Of a stretch of DNA of 64,000 nt, positions 32,176 through 42,450 are shown one piece after another. The stretch is taken from assembly GCA_965261645.1 (NCBI GenBank), contig CBDHDJ010000002.1, forward strand, positions 769,804-833,803. The letters run 5' to 3'. Position numbers and translations under genes: made by a program. Every line of letters starts with the position of its first letter. The first letter of the stretch is position 1. This stretch comes from Alphaproteobacteria bacterium (GTDB taxonomy: Bacteria; Pseudomonadota; Alphaproteobacteria; SHVV01). Below the pieces are notes generated by a model. That model saw nothing but the letters and a program-made list of their open reading frames with translations. It had not been told where the DNA came from and did not search any database.

Positions 32176-32398
32176 TCAGTTGTCCGGCCGGCCGGAATGG
32201 ACGTGCAGCGCCCGCAGGATGATGTCGTCGTCGGTCTCGCCCGGCAGGCGAGCGCTCATCAATGCGCTCGCAGGTGTCGTCGGCGATCTCGACGAGCCAG
32301 TCGCCGTCCGGCAGCCGTCTGGCCGTCGAGTGGAACGGATAGGTCGCTGCCTCGGCAATGGCGCGATAGGTCGCGTCGCTGATCCTGATGGTTTTCAT
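32176..32398 (-). CDS. small hypothetical protein, apparently frameshifted
   Basis: MKTIRISDATYRAIAEAATYPFHSTARRLPDGDWLVEIADDTCERIDE has high GC3, then GC3 collapses. The +1 frame (…MSARLPGETDDDIILRALHVHSGRPDN*) regains high GC3 up to the stop at 32176. Ribosome-binding site GGAG lies 8 nt upstream. Confidence 0.35.
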
Positions 32399-32411
32399 CG
32401 GCCCGCTCCGA

Positions 32412-32700
32412 TTACTGGAGATTGCCACCACCATCGAGAACCTCGCCCGTGGTGTTCTCCGGGACGCGGCCGAGCAGCTCGAGGATCTGCACCCACGGGA
32501 TGGTCAGGAGCGGCTGGTCGAAGGCGCCGGGCCGGTCCGGCGACCAGTCCTCCTCGGTGGAGCCGAAGAACCCGTCCTGGTTGACGCCGATCAGGGTGCC
32601 GACGCGGACCTTCTCGGCCGCCTGGAACCGGGTGACGGCCGTGGCGAGGTCGCGGGCGGTCAGCCCGCGCCTCGTCAGTTCGGCCTGCCCGGCGGCACTC
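32412..32700 (-). CDS. hypothetical protein, no canonical start in frame
   Basis: About 95 codons with strong GC3 bias (…TYGVHLIQSAAGQAELTRRGLTARDLATAVTRFQAAEKVRVGTLIGVNQDGFFGSTEEDWSPDRPGAFDQPLLTIPWVQILELLGRVPENTTGEVLDGGGNLQ*). The only ATG, at 32770, is in another frame (Arg-rich MSRKTRRNRTPKPQG…). Confidence 0.4.
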
Positions 32701-32780
32701 TGGATGAGGTGGACGCCGTACGTAGCCCTGAGGCTTGGGCGTCCGGTTCCGCCTGGTCTTGCGTGACATGGCCGTCGTCC

Positions 32781-33353
32781 TCAGCCGGCCACGCGGTAGA
32801 CGCGGCCGCGACCCTCGACCTTCTCCGAGGTGACGGCGAGGCCGAGCTTCTTCTTGACCGCGTCGGCGAAGGCGCCGCGCACGGAGTGGCGCTGCCAGCC
32901 GGTGGCATCCATGATCTGGTCGACGGTGGCGCCCTCGGGCCGGCGCAGCATCTCGATCATGAGGGCGAGCTTGGTGCCGGTGCGGGTCTTGCGTGGCGCG
33001 TTCGCGCCGTTGCGGCCCGTGGCGGCCTTCTTCGCCTTGGCCGGGGTGTCCGCCGCCGGTTCGGCCTCCTGGCCACCGTCGGCCGCCTGTGCGCCAGTGT
33101 CGGCCAAATGGGGACACTCGGCCGGCTCGACGTTGATGGCGAGCGCTCCTTCGCGGGTGATGGCGAAGTTGGTCTCGCCGATGGCGGCGCCATTCCGGCG
33201 CGGCGCCTCGGCGATCAGACCCTTACGCAGGAGCGCGCCGGTGACCTTGGCGACCGCCCCGCCCTTGAGCGTCTTGGGTAATGGGTGGATCGAACCGTCC
33301 TCGCGCCCGGCGGCGGCGGACAGAATAATCGTCTGGGTGTCGGTGAGTTTCAT
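32781..33353 (-). CDS. DUF3489-domain protein
   Basis: 190 aa. N-terminal MKLTDTQTIILSAAAGREDGSIHPLPKTLKGGA… motif typical of DUF3489 (frequent in alphaproteobacterial phage and plasmid regions). Ala-rich acidic linker and conserved C-terminal …LGLAVTSEKVEGRGRVYRVAG. Confidence 0.6.
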   Translation of the reverse strand: MKLTDTQTIILSAAAGREDGSIHPLPKTLKGGAVAKVTGALLRKGLIAEAPRRNGAAIGETNFAITREGALAINVEPAECPHLADTGAQAADGGQEAEPAADTPAKAKKAATGRNGANAPRKTRTGTKLALMIEMLRRPEGATVDQIMDATGWQRHSVRGAFADAVKKKLGLAVTSEKVEGRGRVYRVAG

Positions 33354-33473
33354 GGGTCCCTCCTTCGGGTGAGCGCGCCGCGGCCATCGCGGCGCTGCTA
33401 CCGCCCGAAGCCCCGCCGGGCGGACCCGGTCGGGGCCGGAGGGCCGTGAGGTCGGCTACGCGGCGAATTCGCC

Positions 33474-33902
33474 TTACTTGAAGACGGCGTCGCCGATCTC
33501 GCGCAGATCGGCAAGGTGCTTGTTGAGGGTGCCGACATGGCCCCAATCGACCCGGTCGGGGTTGACGTCGAAGTGATCGTCGCTCTTGTCCCTGAGCCGT
33601 TCGAGCAGGTCGTCGAACTCGAGCTTGGCGGCGATGAAGGCTTCGACGGCGGTCGGTCTCGCGGCCGTTGCGCGTTCATCCGGATCGGCATGGAGGGCCT
33701 TGAGGCCCTTGTAGTTGACGCGCAGGAAGGGCTCGGAGGCGGGCCGTTCGTCCGGCACGCGCTCGATTAGGTCGAGCGAGACGAGCTTGCCGACGATCAG
33801 ATCGGCATCGACGCCCTCGGGCAGCGGGTGGATGCGCCCATCGGGGCGCCTGGCGGCGGCGGTGAGCACGCCGCGTTCGCTGTCGGTGAGCGGTTGGGTC
33901 AT
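33474..33902 (-). CDS. DUF3489-like paralog
   Basis: MTQPLTDSERGVLTAAARRPDGRIHPLPEGVDADLIVGKLVSLDLIE… shares the N-terminal motif with the adjacent gene. Two GC hairpins follow the stop. Confidence 0.5.
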   Translation of the reverse strand: MTQPLTDSERGVLTAAARRPDGRIHPLPEGVDADLIVGKLVSLDLIERVPDERPASEPFLRVNYKGLKALHADPDERATAARPTAVEAFIAAKLEFDDLLERLRDKSDDHFDVNPDRVDWGHVGTLNKHLADLREIGDAVFK

Positions 33903-34003
33903 CGGTTTCTCCTTTCGATTGCGGCGTAATACACGCTCTGTTCTGGCCCGATAGCAAGCGCTTAAGAGCATGATTCTAATGCTATTTTCGAGGTTCCACG
34001 GGC

Positions 34004-34555
34004 ATGGGTGTATCGCTGCGGGAATACGCGCGCCGGCGCGGGGTGAGCCATGTCGCGGTGATGAAGGCGATCCGCGCGGGCCGCTTCACGCCGGAGCCGG
34101 ACGGCACCCTCGATCCGGCCAAGGCCGACGCCCAATGGGATGCACGCACCGATCCGGCGCGAGCACCCGAGCGGTCGGAGCCGGCGGAGGAGACACCCCC
34201 GGCAGAGACGCGGCCGGCCGAGCCGCGTCCACCCGTGCCCGCAGGGGAGTCGGCGCCGCAAGGGGCCGCCACCTTCACCCAGGCGCGCACCGCCCACGAG
34301 ATCGCCAAGGCGCAGCGGGCCCGCATTCAGGTGCAGCGGCTGCGCGAGGAAGTGGTCGACCGGGCCCAGGCGACGGCGGAGGTGTTCCGGCTCGCACGGC
34401 GTGAGCGCGACGCCTGGGTCAACTGGCCGGCCCGCGTCGCCGCCCTGATGGCGGCCGAGCTCGGCCTCGACGCCCACGTCATGCAGAAGGTTCTGGAGGC
34501 CCATGTCCGAGATCACCTCACCGAGCTTGCCGAGATCCGGCCCGACCTTCGCTGA
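34004..34555 (+). CDS. phage terminase small subunit
   Basis: 183 aa. N-terminal helix-turn-helix (MGVSLREYARRRGVSHVAVMKAIRAGRF…), Pro/Glu-rich linker and C-terminal oligomerisation helix. Sits immediately upstream of TerL, with an AT-rich divergent promoter region upstream. Confidence 0.6.
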   Translation: MGVSLREYARRRGVSHVAVMKAIRAGRFTPEPDGTLDPAKADAQWDARTDPARAPERSEPAEETPPAETRPAEPRPPVPAGESAPQGAATFTQARTAHEIAKAQRARIQVQRLREEVVDRAQATAEVFRLARRERDAWVNWPARVAALMAAELGLDAHVMQKVLEAHVRDHLTELAEIRPDLR

Positions 34556-36502
34556 AGGCTCCGCTGAGCCCTTCGCCGGCGCGGACGACATCAGGCGCGC
34601 CTGGTACGACGGGCTCGCGCCGGACCCGCTGCTCTCCGTCTCGGAATGGTCGGAGAAGCACCGCATGCTGGCGGCGCGGGCCTCGGCCGAGCCCGGCCGT
34701 TACCGCATCGCGCGCACGCCCTACATGCGGGCCATCATGGATGCGCTGTCGCCGGCCGATCCGTGCCGGCGGGTGGTGTTCATGAAGGCGGCGCAGGTCG
34801 GAGCCACAGAGGGAGCCAATAACTTCATAGGATTCATCATCCACCAGGCGCCGGGGCCGGCCCTCGCGGTCCAGCCGACGGTGGAATTGGCCAAACGGAA
34901 CTCGCGCCAGCGCATCGATCCGCTGATCGAGGAGAGCGCGGCGCTAAGGGGCCTGGTGAGGCCCGCGCGGTCGCGCGATTCCGGCAACACCATGCTGTCG
35001 AAGGAGTTCGCCGGCGGCATCCTGATCATGACCGGCGCCAACTCGGCGGTCGGTCTGCGCTCGATCCCGGCCCGCTACATCCTCTTGGACGAGGTCGACG
35101 CCTATCCGGCTTCGGCCGACGAGGAAGGCGACCTGGTGACGCTGGCGGAAGCTCGCTCGCTCACCTTCGCCCACCGCCGCAAGGTGCTGTTGATCTCGAC
35201 GCCGACGGTGAAGGGCTTCTCGCGGATCGAGCGTGAGTACGAGGCCTCGGACAGAGGCGGCATTTCGTGCCATGCCCCCATTGCGGGCACGCACAGGTGC
35301 TCGTCTTCGAGCGGCTCCGCTGGGACAAGGGCAAACCGGAGACGGCGGCCTACCACTGCGCATCCTGCGAGACGCCGATCGCCGAGCATCACAAGACGGC
35401 GATGCTGGCGGCCGGCGTTTGGCGGGCGACGGGAACGGCGGCCGATCCCTCGACCATCGGGTTTCACCTGTCGGCGCTCTATTCGCCGGTCGGCTGGCTT
35501 TCGTGGGAGGCCATCGCCCGCGCCTGGATGGCGGCACAGGGCTCGGACGAGGCGATTCGCGCCTTTCGCAACACCATCCTCGGCGAGACCTGGGTCGAGA
35601 GCGGCGAGGCGCCGGACTGGCAGCGGCTCTACGACCGCCGCGAGCGCTGGCCCGCGGGCACGGTTCCCGCCGGCGGACTGTTCCTGACCGCCGGCGCCGA
35701 TATCCAGAAGGACCGCATCGAGGTCGATGTCTGGGCCTGGGGCCGGGGGCTGGAAAGCTGGCTCATCGATCATGTCGTCATCGAGGGCGGGCCCGAACGG
35801 GCCGAGCCATGGGCCGCTCTCGACCGGCTGCTCGGCCAGGTCTGGCCGCATGAGAACGGCGCGACATTGACTTTGGCGAAGCTCGCCATCGATACCGGTT
35901 ACGAGCCGACCGCCGTTTATGGCTGGGCGCGCCGCGCCGGGATCGCGCAAGTGGTGCCGGTCAAGGGCACCGACGGCTTCAACCGCTCGAGCCCGGTTTC
36001 GGGTCCGACCTATGTCGACGCGTCCGACGGCGGCAAACGCCTGAGAAGAGGCGCGCGGCTCTGGAGCGTGGCTGTGTCGACCTTCAAGGCCGAGACCTAC
36101 CGCTTCCTGAGACTGGAACGGCCGACCGGCGAGGAGCGCGCGGCGGGCACACCCTATCCGCCCGGCACCGTGCATCTGCCGCATTGGGTCGAGGACGAGT
36201 GGCTCAGGCAGTTCGTCGCCGAACAGCTGGTGACGGTGCGCACACGGCGCGGCTTCGCCCGCCTCGAATGGCAGAAGCTGCACGAGCGCAACGAGGCGCT
36301 CGATTGCCGGGTCTACGCCCGCGCCGCCGCCTGGATCGCCGGCGCCGACCGCTTCCCGGAGCGCCGTTGGCGGCGCATGGAAGCCGCGCTCGCCAATGAG
36401 CCCGGCCCCGAGGGGTCGGGCACGAAGAACGCGGCGGCGCCGGATGCCGGCTTCCGCCCGGCGGGACGCCGGCGCGTGACCCGTAGCAAGTGGATGGGCT
36501 GA
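34503..36502 (+). pseudogene. phage terminase large subunit (lambda GpA family), frameshifted
   Basis: The N-terminal ATPase part (34503 to about 35255) is in frame 0. The remainder, starting …RRHFVPCPHCGHAQVLVFERLRWDK… through the nuclease domain, is in frame +2 (35267..36502). The shift lies near 35245-35265. Confidence 0.7.
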
Positions 36503-36505
36503 GAC

Positions 36506-36718
36506 ATGGCCGACATGACGTACACCGAAGATCAGGTGCGGGCGCTGCGCGAGGCGCTGACCTCGGGCGTGCTGACCGTTTCCTATGACGGCAAGAGCGC
36601 CACCTACCGCTCGGTGGAAGAGATCAAGACGGCGCTGGCCGAGATCGAGAACGCCCGCGCCCGCGAGGCCGGCAGGCAGGTGCGCCAGATCCGCATCGTC
36701 GGCAATAAGGGGTTCTGA
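36506..36718 (+). CDS. head-tail joining protein gpW-like
   Basis: 70 aa. MADMTYTEDQVRALREALTSGVLTVSYDGKSATYRSVEEIKTALAEIE… matches the lambda W family. Located between terminase and portal, as in lambda. Confidence 0.7.
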   Translation: MADMTYTEDQVRALREALTSGVLTVSYDGKSATYRSVEEIKTALAEIENARAREAGRQVRQIRIVGNKGF

Positions 36719-36720
36719 GC

Positions 36721-38301
36721 ATGCGTTTCTTCGCCCGCCGAAGCAATCTTCGCGAAGGCGGGGGCTGGCTCACACGCACCGCCGCCTCCTGGCGCGCGCT
36801 CCGCGCCGGCGCCGGTCCATCCCGCCGGCCGGTTCACGAGGCCGCGGGCTCGGGAAGGCGGGCGCTCGCCTGGCGGCCGGGCAACCCCGGCGCGCTAGCG
36901 ACGACCTTTGCCACCGGTCACGACCTCCGGGTCAAGTCGCGCGATCTCGTGCGCCGCAACGCCTGGGCCGGCAGTGCCGTGGACGCCTTCGTCACCAACT
37001 GTATCGGCACCGGCATCAAGCCGCAGTCGATCGCGACCGATGCGACATTCCGCGAAGCCGTGCATGCGCTCTGGTGGGACTGGTGCGCGGAGGCCGACGC
37101 TGACGGCGTCACCGATTTCTACGGCCTTCAGGCGCTCGCCTGCCGGGCCATGCTGGAGGGCGGCGAGTGCTTCGTGCGCTTGAGGGTGCGCCGGCCCGAG
37201 GACGGGCTCGCGGTGCCGCTGCAGCTCCAGCTCCTGGAGGCCGAGCATGTGCCGCTCACCTTCAACACGACATTGCCGAGCGGCAACCTGGTTCGTGCCG
37301 GCATCGAGTTCGGCCGGCTGGGACGAAGGGTCGCCTATCACCTGACCCGCGCCCATCCCGGCGATCCGGCAATGCAGCCGCGCGACCACGACCTGGTGCG
37401 GGTGCCGGCGGACCGCATCGCCCATCTCTACCGGCCGCTCCGTCCCGGGCAGATCCGGGGTGAGCCCTGGCTCGCCCGGGCGCTGGTCAAGCTCGACGAG
37501 CTCGAGCAATACGACGACGCGGCCCTGGTCAAGGCCAAGGTCGCGGCGCTGTTCACCGGCTTCGTCGTCTCGCCCGACCCCGAGGACGCCGTCATGGGCG
37601 GGGACGATCCCGACGAGGACGGTGTCGTCGAGGCCAGCCTCGAGCCCGGCACCATGCAGCGGCTAAAGCCCGGCCAGGATGTGCGCTTCGCCGAGCCGGC
37701 CGATGCCGGGTCGAGCTACGAGGGGTTCTTTCGCAATCAGCTGCGCGCCGTCGCCACCGCCGCCGGCGTCACCTACGAACAGCTGAGCGGCGATCTGACG
37801 CAAGTCAACTATTCCTCGATCCGCGCCGGGCTGCTCGAGTTCCGCCGCCGCTGCGAGACCGTCCAGCACGCGGTCGTGGTCCACCAGCTGTGCCGGCCGG
37901 TATGGCGCGAGTGGATGAGAACGGCGGTGCTCGCGGGCGCGCTGGAGGCGCCGGGATTCGCGCGCGATCCCGCGCCCTGCCTGGTCGCCAAGTGGATCCC
38001 GCAGGGCTGGCAATGGGTCGATCCGGAGAAGGAGTTCAAGGCGGTGGTGCTCGCCATCCGGGCCGGTCTCATGAGCCGGTCGGAAGCGATCTCGGCCTTC
38101 GGCTACGACGCCGAAGAAATCGACCGCGAGACCGCCGCCGACAACGCCCGCGCCGACGCGCTCGGCCTGGTGCTCGACAGCGACCCGCGCAAGGTCGCGC
38201 GCACCGGCGCCGCCCAGCCGGACGCGGAATCCGAACCCAAGTCCGATGAACGGGAATCGGATGAAGACGAACCCATGAACGAGATGAGGAGGCCGGCATG
38301 A
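36721..38301 (+). CDS. phage portal protein (lambda gpB family)
   Basis: 526 aa. Lambda-type portal sequence (…NAWAGSAVDAFVTNCIGTGIKPQS…YGLQALACRAMLEGGECFVRL…), gene position and size. Confidence 0.75.
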   Translation: MRFFARRSNLREGGGWLTRTAASWRALRAGAGPSRRPVHEAAGSGRRALAWRPGNPGALATTFATGHDLRVKSRDLVRRNAWAGSAVDAFVTNCIGTGIKPQSIATDATFREAVHALWWDWCAEADADGVTDFYGLQALACRAMLEGGECFVRLRVRRPEDGLAVPLQLQLLEAEHVPLTFNTTLPSGNLVRAGIEFGRLGRRVAYHLTRAHPGDPAMQPRDHDLVRVPADRIAHLYRPLRPGQIRGEPWLARALVKLDELEQYDDAALVKAKVAALFTGFVVSPDPEDAVMGGDDPDEDGVVEASLEPGTMQRLKPGQDVRFAEPADAGSSYEGFFRNQLRAVATAAGVTYEQLSGDLTQVNYSSIRAGLLEFRRRCETVQHAVVVHQLCRPVWREWMRTAVLAGALEAPGFARDPAPCLVAKWIPQGWQWVDPEKEFKAVVLAIRAGLMSRSEAISAFGYDAEEIDRETAADNARADALGLVLDSDPRKVARTGAAQPDAESEPKSDERESDEDEPMNEMRRPA

Positions 38302-39683
38302 CCATGCTGCCGCATATCGCGAGCCGGGTGTTGGATACGCCGCTGGCGATCGGCCAGGCCAAGCTCGAGGCGATCCTCGCCGTCATCGGCCCGCGCATCG
38401 GCATCGAGGCTCCTGCGCCCGCCGTCATGAACGGCGACGCCCGACGACGCGGCGTGAATCTTGTAACGCCCGAGGGCATCGCCGTGATCCCGGTGTTCGG
38501 CACGCTGGTCAAACGGACCGGCGCCATCGAGGCGGCATCGGGCCTGACCTCCTACGGTCATCTCGAGGAGCAGATTCTCGATGCCGCGACCGATCCGGCG
38601 GTGCGCGCCATCCTGCTCGAGGTCGACAGCCCGGGCGGCGAGGCCGCCGGTGTGTTCGATCTTTCCGACCTCGTCTACGAGGCGCGCAGCCTCAAGCCGG
38701 TCTGGGCGGTCGCCGACGAGGAGGCGTTCTCCGGCGCCTATGCGATCGCCAGCGCCGCCGAGCGCCTGATCGTGCCGCGCACCGGAGGCTTGGGCTCGAT
38801 CGGCGTCGTCGCCGTCCATGTCGACCGCTCCGCCCGCGACGCCATGGAAGGGTTCCGCACCACCACCGTCTATGCCGGCGCGGCCAAGAACGACTTCAAC
38901 CCGCACGAGACCCTGAAGGACGGCGCGCGGCGGACGCTGCAGGCCGAGGTCGACCGGGTCTATCGCCTGTTCGTCGATACCGTCGCCCGCAACCGCGGCC
39001 TGACGGCCGATGCCGTGCGCGCCACCGAGGCACGGCTCTTCTTCGGCGAGGACGCCGTCCGTGCCGGTCTCGCCGATGAAGTCGGCACCTTGCGCGACTC
39101 CCTCACGGCACTCGCCGTAACGCTCGCCGAACCGCGATCGATCGTCGCCGCGCCGGCCGCCCTGTCGGGCCCGGCATCCCACCAGCCAAGCAACCGAAAG
39201 GAGCATGTCATGAATGACGACACCGACACCGTGAAGACCGAGCGCGAAACGCCGTCGGCATCGACCGCGGAGGACCCGCGGTCTGCACCGGCCACGACCG
39301 ACACGCCGCCCGCACCCGTATCGGCGACCACGACCGACGCGCCGGTCGCTCCCGCACCAGCAGCGGAGCCCGAGAGAACCGCCGAGGTGGTCGACCTCGA
39401 CGCGGTCCGCAATCAAGCGCGCGGCGAGGGCGCGGCGGAGGCCGGGCTCATCGCCGAGCTCTGCACGCTGGCCGGCATGCCCGAGCGCACCGCCGACATG
39501 CTCGCCAAGGGACTCTCGGCCGACGCGGTGCGCCGGGAACTTCTGAACCTGAAGGCGGGCGCGGACGCCGAGGTGCACAACCATGTGCTCCCCGGCGCGG
39601 GGACCGGCGCTCCCGCCAGTCTTGACGACAATCCGGTGGTGCGGGCGGCAACCGCCCGGGCCGCCGCTGCAAAGGAGGTCTGA
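38298..39683 (+). CDS. prohead protease / scaffold (S49 peptidase, lambda gpC-like)
   Basis: 461 aa. S49/ClpP-like region (…ILLEVDSPGGEAAGVFDLSDLVYEARSLKPVWAVADEEAFSGAYAIASAAERLIV…) with an Ala/Pro/Thr-rich C-terminal scaffold-like tail. Confidence 0.7.
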   Translation: MTMLPHIASRVLDTPLAIGQAKLEAILAVIGPRIGIEAPAPAVMNGDARRRGVNLVTPEGIAVIPVFGTLVKRTGAIEAASGLTSYGHLEEQILDAATDPAVRAILLEVDSPGGEAAGVFDLSDLVYEARSLKPVWAVADEEAFSGAYAIASAAERLIVPRTGGLGSIGVVAVHVDRSARDAMEGFRTTTVYAGAAKNDFNPHETLKDGARRTLQAEVDRVYRLFVDTVARNRGLTADAVRATEARLFFGEDAVRAGLADEVGTLRDSLTALAVTLAEPRSIVAAPAALSGPASHQPSNRKEHVMNDDTDTVKTERETPSASTAEDPRSAPATTDTPPAPVSATTTDAPVAPAPAAEPERTAEVVDLDAVRNQARGEGAAEAGLIAELCTLAGMPERTADMLAKGLSADAVRRELLNLKAGADAEVHNHVLPGAGTGAPASLDDNPVVRAATARAAAAKEV

Positions 39684-39686
39684 TCC

Positions 39687-40355
39687 ATGAACGCTTACTC
39701 TGAGTCCACTTATCTCGGCGACGTCCTCAAATGCGAGGCGCCGAACCTCTACAGCCGCGACACGGTAACGGTTCTTGCGGGAAACGGCACCGAGCGCGCC
39801 CTCAAGGTCGGCGCGGTGATCGCCGCGCGAACCCGGTCCACGGTCGCGGTGACGGCCGGCGACGGCAATACCGGTGACGGCGCCGCGACCATGGCCGACC
39901 CGCCGCTCGGCGCCCTGGCCGAGGCCGGCATCTACCGGCTCGCCTGCATCACCGCCGGGGCCACCGGCACCTTCCAGGTGCTGAGCCCGAAGGGGTACCG
40001 GCTGCCCGACCTCACGGTCGGCACGGCCTATGAGGGCGGTCACGTCAACCTCGCCGTTGCCGACGGCGCCGCCGACTTCGCCGCGGGTGATACCTTCGCG
40101 ATCGAGGTATCGGGTGACGGCAAGGCGGTCGCGCTCGATCCGGCGGCCGTCGACGGCACGGCCGAAGCCATCGGCATCGTCGCCTTCGACGTGACCGCGC
40201 CGGACGGCGCCGACACGGAAGTCACGGCGATCCTGCGCGACGCCGTCCTCGCCGGCCGCGCGATCGTCTGGCCCGCCGGCATCGGCGAGGCACGGAAGAA
40301 TGCCGCGATCGCCGATCTCGAGGCCCGCGGCGTCCTCGTCCGCAAGGCCGCCTGA
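39687..40355 (+). CDS. head decoration protein (gpD-like)
   Basis: 222 aa, located between protease and major capsid genes. Confidence 0.5.
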   Translation: MNAYSESTYLGDVLKCEAPNLYSRDTVTVLAGNGTERALKVGAVIAARTRSTVAVTAGDGNTGDGAATMADPPLGALAEAGIYRLACITAGATGTFQVLSPKGYRLPDLTVGTAYEGGHVNLAVADGAADFAAGDTFAIEVSGDGKAVALDPAAVDGTAEAIGIVAFDVTAPDGADTEVTAILRDAVLAGRAIVWPAGIGEARKNAAIADLEARGVLVRKAA

Positions 40356-40425
40356 ACCTCAACGCCACCATCCCCATCAAACCGACTGATCGGCCCGGCT
40401 CCGCCGGCGCCGGAGGAGCTTTTCC

Positions 40426-41436
40426 ATGCCCATGAACAATCCCTTCGATAACCCTGCCTTCCATGTGACGGCGCTGACCGCGGCCATCAACATCCTGCCC
40501 AACAGCTATGGACGGCTCGAACGCATGATGCTGATGCCGCCCCGGCCGGTGCGCTTCCGCCAGATCGCCGTTGAGGAGAAGAACGGCGTTCTCAACCTGT
40601 TACCGACCCTGCCCATAGGCTCGCCCGGCACCGTCGGTGAGCGCGTCAAACGGAAGCTCAGGAGCTTCAACATCCCGCATATCCCGCACGACGACGTGGT
40701 GCTGCCCGAGGAAGTCCAGGGTATTCGCGCCTTCGGCTCGGAGAACGAATCCCAGGCGCTGGCCGACGTGATGGCCGATCACCTGCAGTCCATGCGCAAC
40801 AAGCATGCGATCACGCTGGAGCATCTGCGCATGGGGGCGCTCAAGGGGGTGATCCTCGATGCCGACGGCTCGGCCCTCTACGACCTCTATGCCGAGTTCG
40901 GCATCGAGGCGAAGACCGTCGCCTTCGGCCTCGGCAACGCCAACACCAATGTCAAGAACCGCTGCATCTCGGTGCTGCGTCACATCGAGGACAATCTGCG
41001 CGGCGAGTTCATGACCCGGGTCCATGCGCTCGTCAGTCCCGAGTTCTTCGATGCGTTGACCTCCCACGCCAAGGTCGAGAAGGCCTATGAGCGCTGGATG
41101 GAAGGCGCAGCGCTGCGCGACGATTTGCGCGCGGGCTTCACCTTCGGCGGCATCACCTTCGAGGAGTACCGCGGTCAGGCCACCGACCCGGACGGCGTCG
41201 TGCGCCGGTTCATTGCCGAGAACGAGGGCCACGCCTTCCCGCTCGGCACCGTCGAGACCTTCGCGTCCTACTTCGCGCCGGCCGACTTCAACGAGACCGC
41301 CAACACCTTGGGCCAGCAGCTCTACGCCAAGCAGGAGCCGCGCAAGTTCGAACGCGGTACCGATCTGCACACCCAATCCAACCCGCTGCCCATGTGCCAC
41401 CGCCCCGGCGTGCTGGTGAAGCTGACGGCCGAGTGA
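40426..41436 (+). CDS. major capsid protein (lambda gpE family)
   Basis: 336 aa. Matches Phage_cap_E-like proteins (…NPFDNPAFHVTALTAAINILPNSYGRL…). Gene order D-like then E-like. Confidence 0.75.
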   Translation: MPMNNPFDNPAFHVTALTAAINILPNSYGRLERMMLMPPRPVRFRQIAVEEKNGVLNLLPTLPIGSPGTVGERVKRKLRSFNIPHIPHDDVVLPEEVQGIRAFGSENESQALADVMADHLQSMRNKHAITLEHLRMGALKGVILDADGSALYDLYAEFGIEAKTVAFGLGNANTNVKNRCISVLRHIEDNLRGEFMTRVHALVSPEFFDALTSHAKVEKAYERWMEGAALRDDLRAGFTFGGITFEEYRGQATDPDGVVRRFIAENEGHAFPLGTVETFASYFAPADFNETANTLGQQLYAKQEPRKFERGTDLHTQSNPLPMCHRPGVLVKLTAE

Positions 41437-41437
41437 G

Positions 41438-41758
41438 GTGACGGCGCCGTTTACCGCCGCGGTCGCCGGCGCGGTGGACGACTGCTTCCGCCATCTCGGC
41501 CGCGATGCGGTCTATACGGCCGACGGCGGAGACCCCGTCATGGTCAAGGTGATCGCCAAACGCCCGGACGAGATCGTCGGCCTCGGCGAGACTCGCATCC
41601 ATGCCGGCACCGCGCTGTTCGATGTGCGCGCCTCGGAGATCGCCGAGCCACGGCCCGGCGACCGGCTGAGCGTCGGCGGCGAGGACTATCTCGTCCAGGG
41701 CGAGCCGGTCGGCGATACCGAACGCCTGATCTGGACGCTGGAGGCCTGCCTCGCATGA
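41438..41758 (+). CDS. head-tail connector (gpFII-like)
   Basis: 106 aa, directly after the major capsid gene. Size and position match lambda FII. Confidence 0.4.
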   Translation: MTAPFTAAVAGAVDDCFRHLGRDAVYTADGGDPVMVKVIAKRPDEIVGLGETRIHAGTALFDVRASEIAEPRPGDRLSVGGEDYLVQGEPVGDTERLIWTLEACLA

Positions 41759-42405
41759 AGCTCACCGCCACCATTGTGGGCTCGCTGAAAGCCGACATGC
41801 AGGCCGAGCTGCGCCGTATCGAGCGCGCCGTGCCGGACGGCGTCAAAGCCGCCGGCGACAGCCTCAAGGGGAGCCTGCGCAAGCAGGTGGTCGCCGCCGG
41901 TCTTGGCGCACGGTTGTCGCGCACCTGGCGCGGCAAGACCTATGTCAACAAGGGCCATGACGCCGCGAGTCTGGTCTGGTCGAAGGCGCCGCATATCGCG
42001 TTGGCCTTCGATAAGGGTGTGGTGATCAAGGGCAAGGGCGGCAACTGGCTCGCCATTCCGACGCCGGCGGCGCCGAAGCGCGGTGTCGGCGGCAAACGCA
42101 TCACGCCAGCCACCTTCCCGACCGCCCGCCACGGGCCGCTTCGCATGGTTCGCCGGTCCGGCCGTTCGGCGCTGCTGGTGGTCGACGGCGTGCGGGTGAG
42201 CGCCCAGACCGGGCGCGTCGGCCGTCAGGCCAAGGGCGGCGGGCGCACCAAATCGGGCAGCTTCAAACAAGGCATCGCCACTGTCGCGATGTTCGTTCTG
42301 GTGCGGCAGGTCAAGTTGCGCAAGCGCCTAAACGTCGCGCGGGCGGCCAAGAGCTGGACGCGCAGGTTGCCGAGATTGATCCTCCGCCGGGTGCGGTCAC
42401 TGTGA
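41755..42405 (+). CDS. tail completion protein (gpZ-like)
   Basis: 216 aa, basic. Position after the FII-like gene and before the U-like gene, size close to lambda Z. Confidence 0.35.
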   Translation: MKLTATIVGSLKADMQAELRRIERAVPDGVKAAGDSLKGSLRKQVVAAGLGARLSRTWRGKTYVNKGHDAASLVWSKAPHIALAFDKGVVIKGKGGNWLAIPTPAAPKRGVGGKRITPATFPTARHGPLRMVRRSGRSALLVVDGVRVSAQTGRVGRQAKGGGRTKSGSFKQGIATVAMFVLVRQVKLRKRLNVARAAKSWTRRLPRLILRRVRSL

Positions 42406-42450
42406 AACAGGGACGATGCAACAGGCGGAACAGCCAATTGAGAGGGCTTA

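Noticed and set aside
35102-36283. 393-aa minus-strand ORF inside the terminase region, and similar long ORFs at 38103..40043, 49703..50695, 51946..52818 and 62105..63379
   Set aside because: All are antisense or shadow frames of clearly identified genes in a 65% GC background, with low-complexity Arg/Ala/Gly composition.
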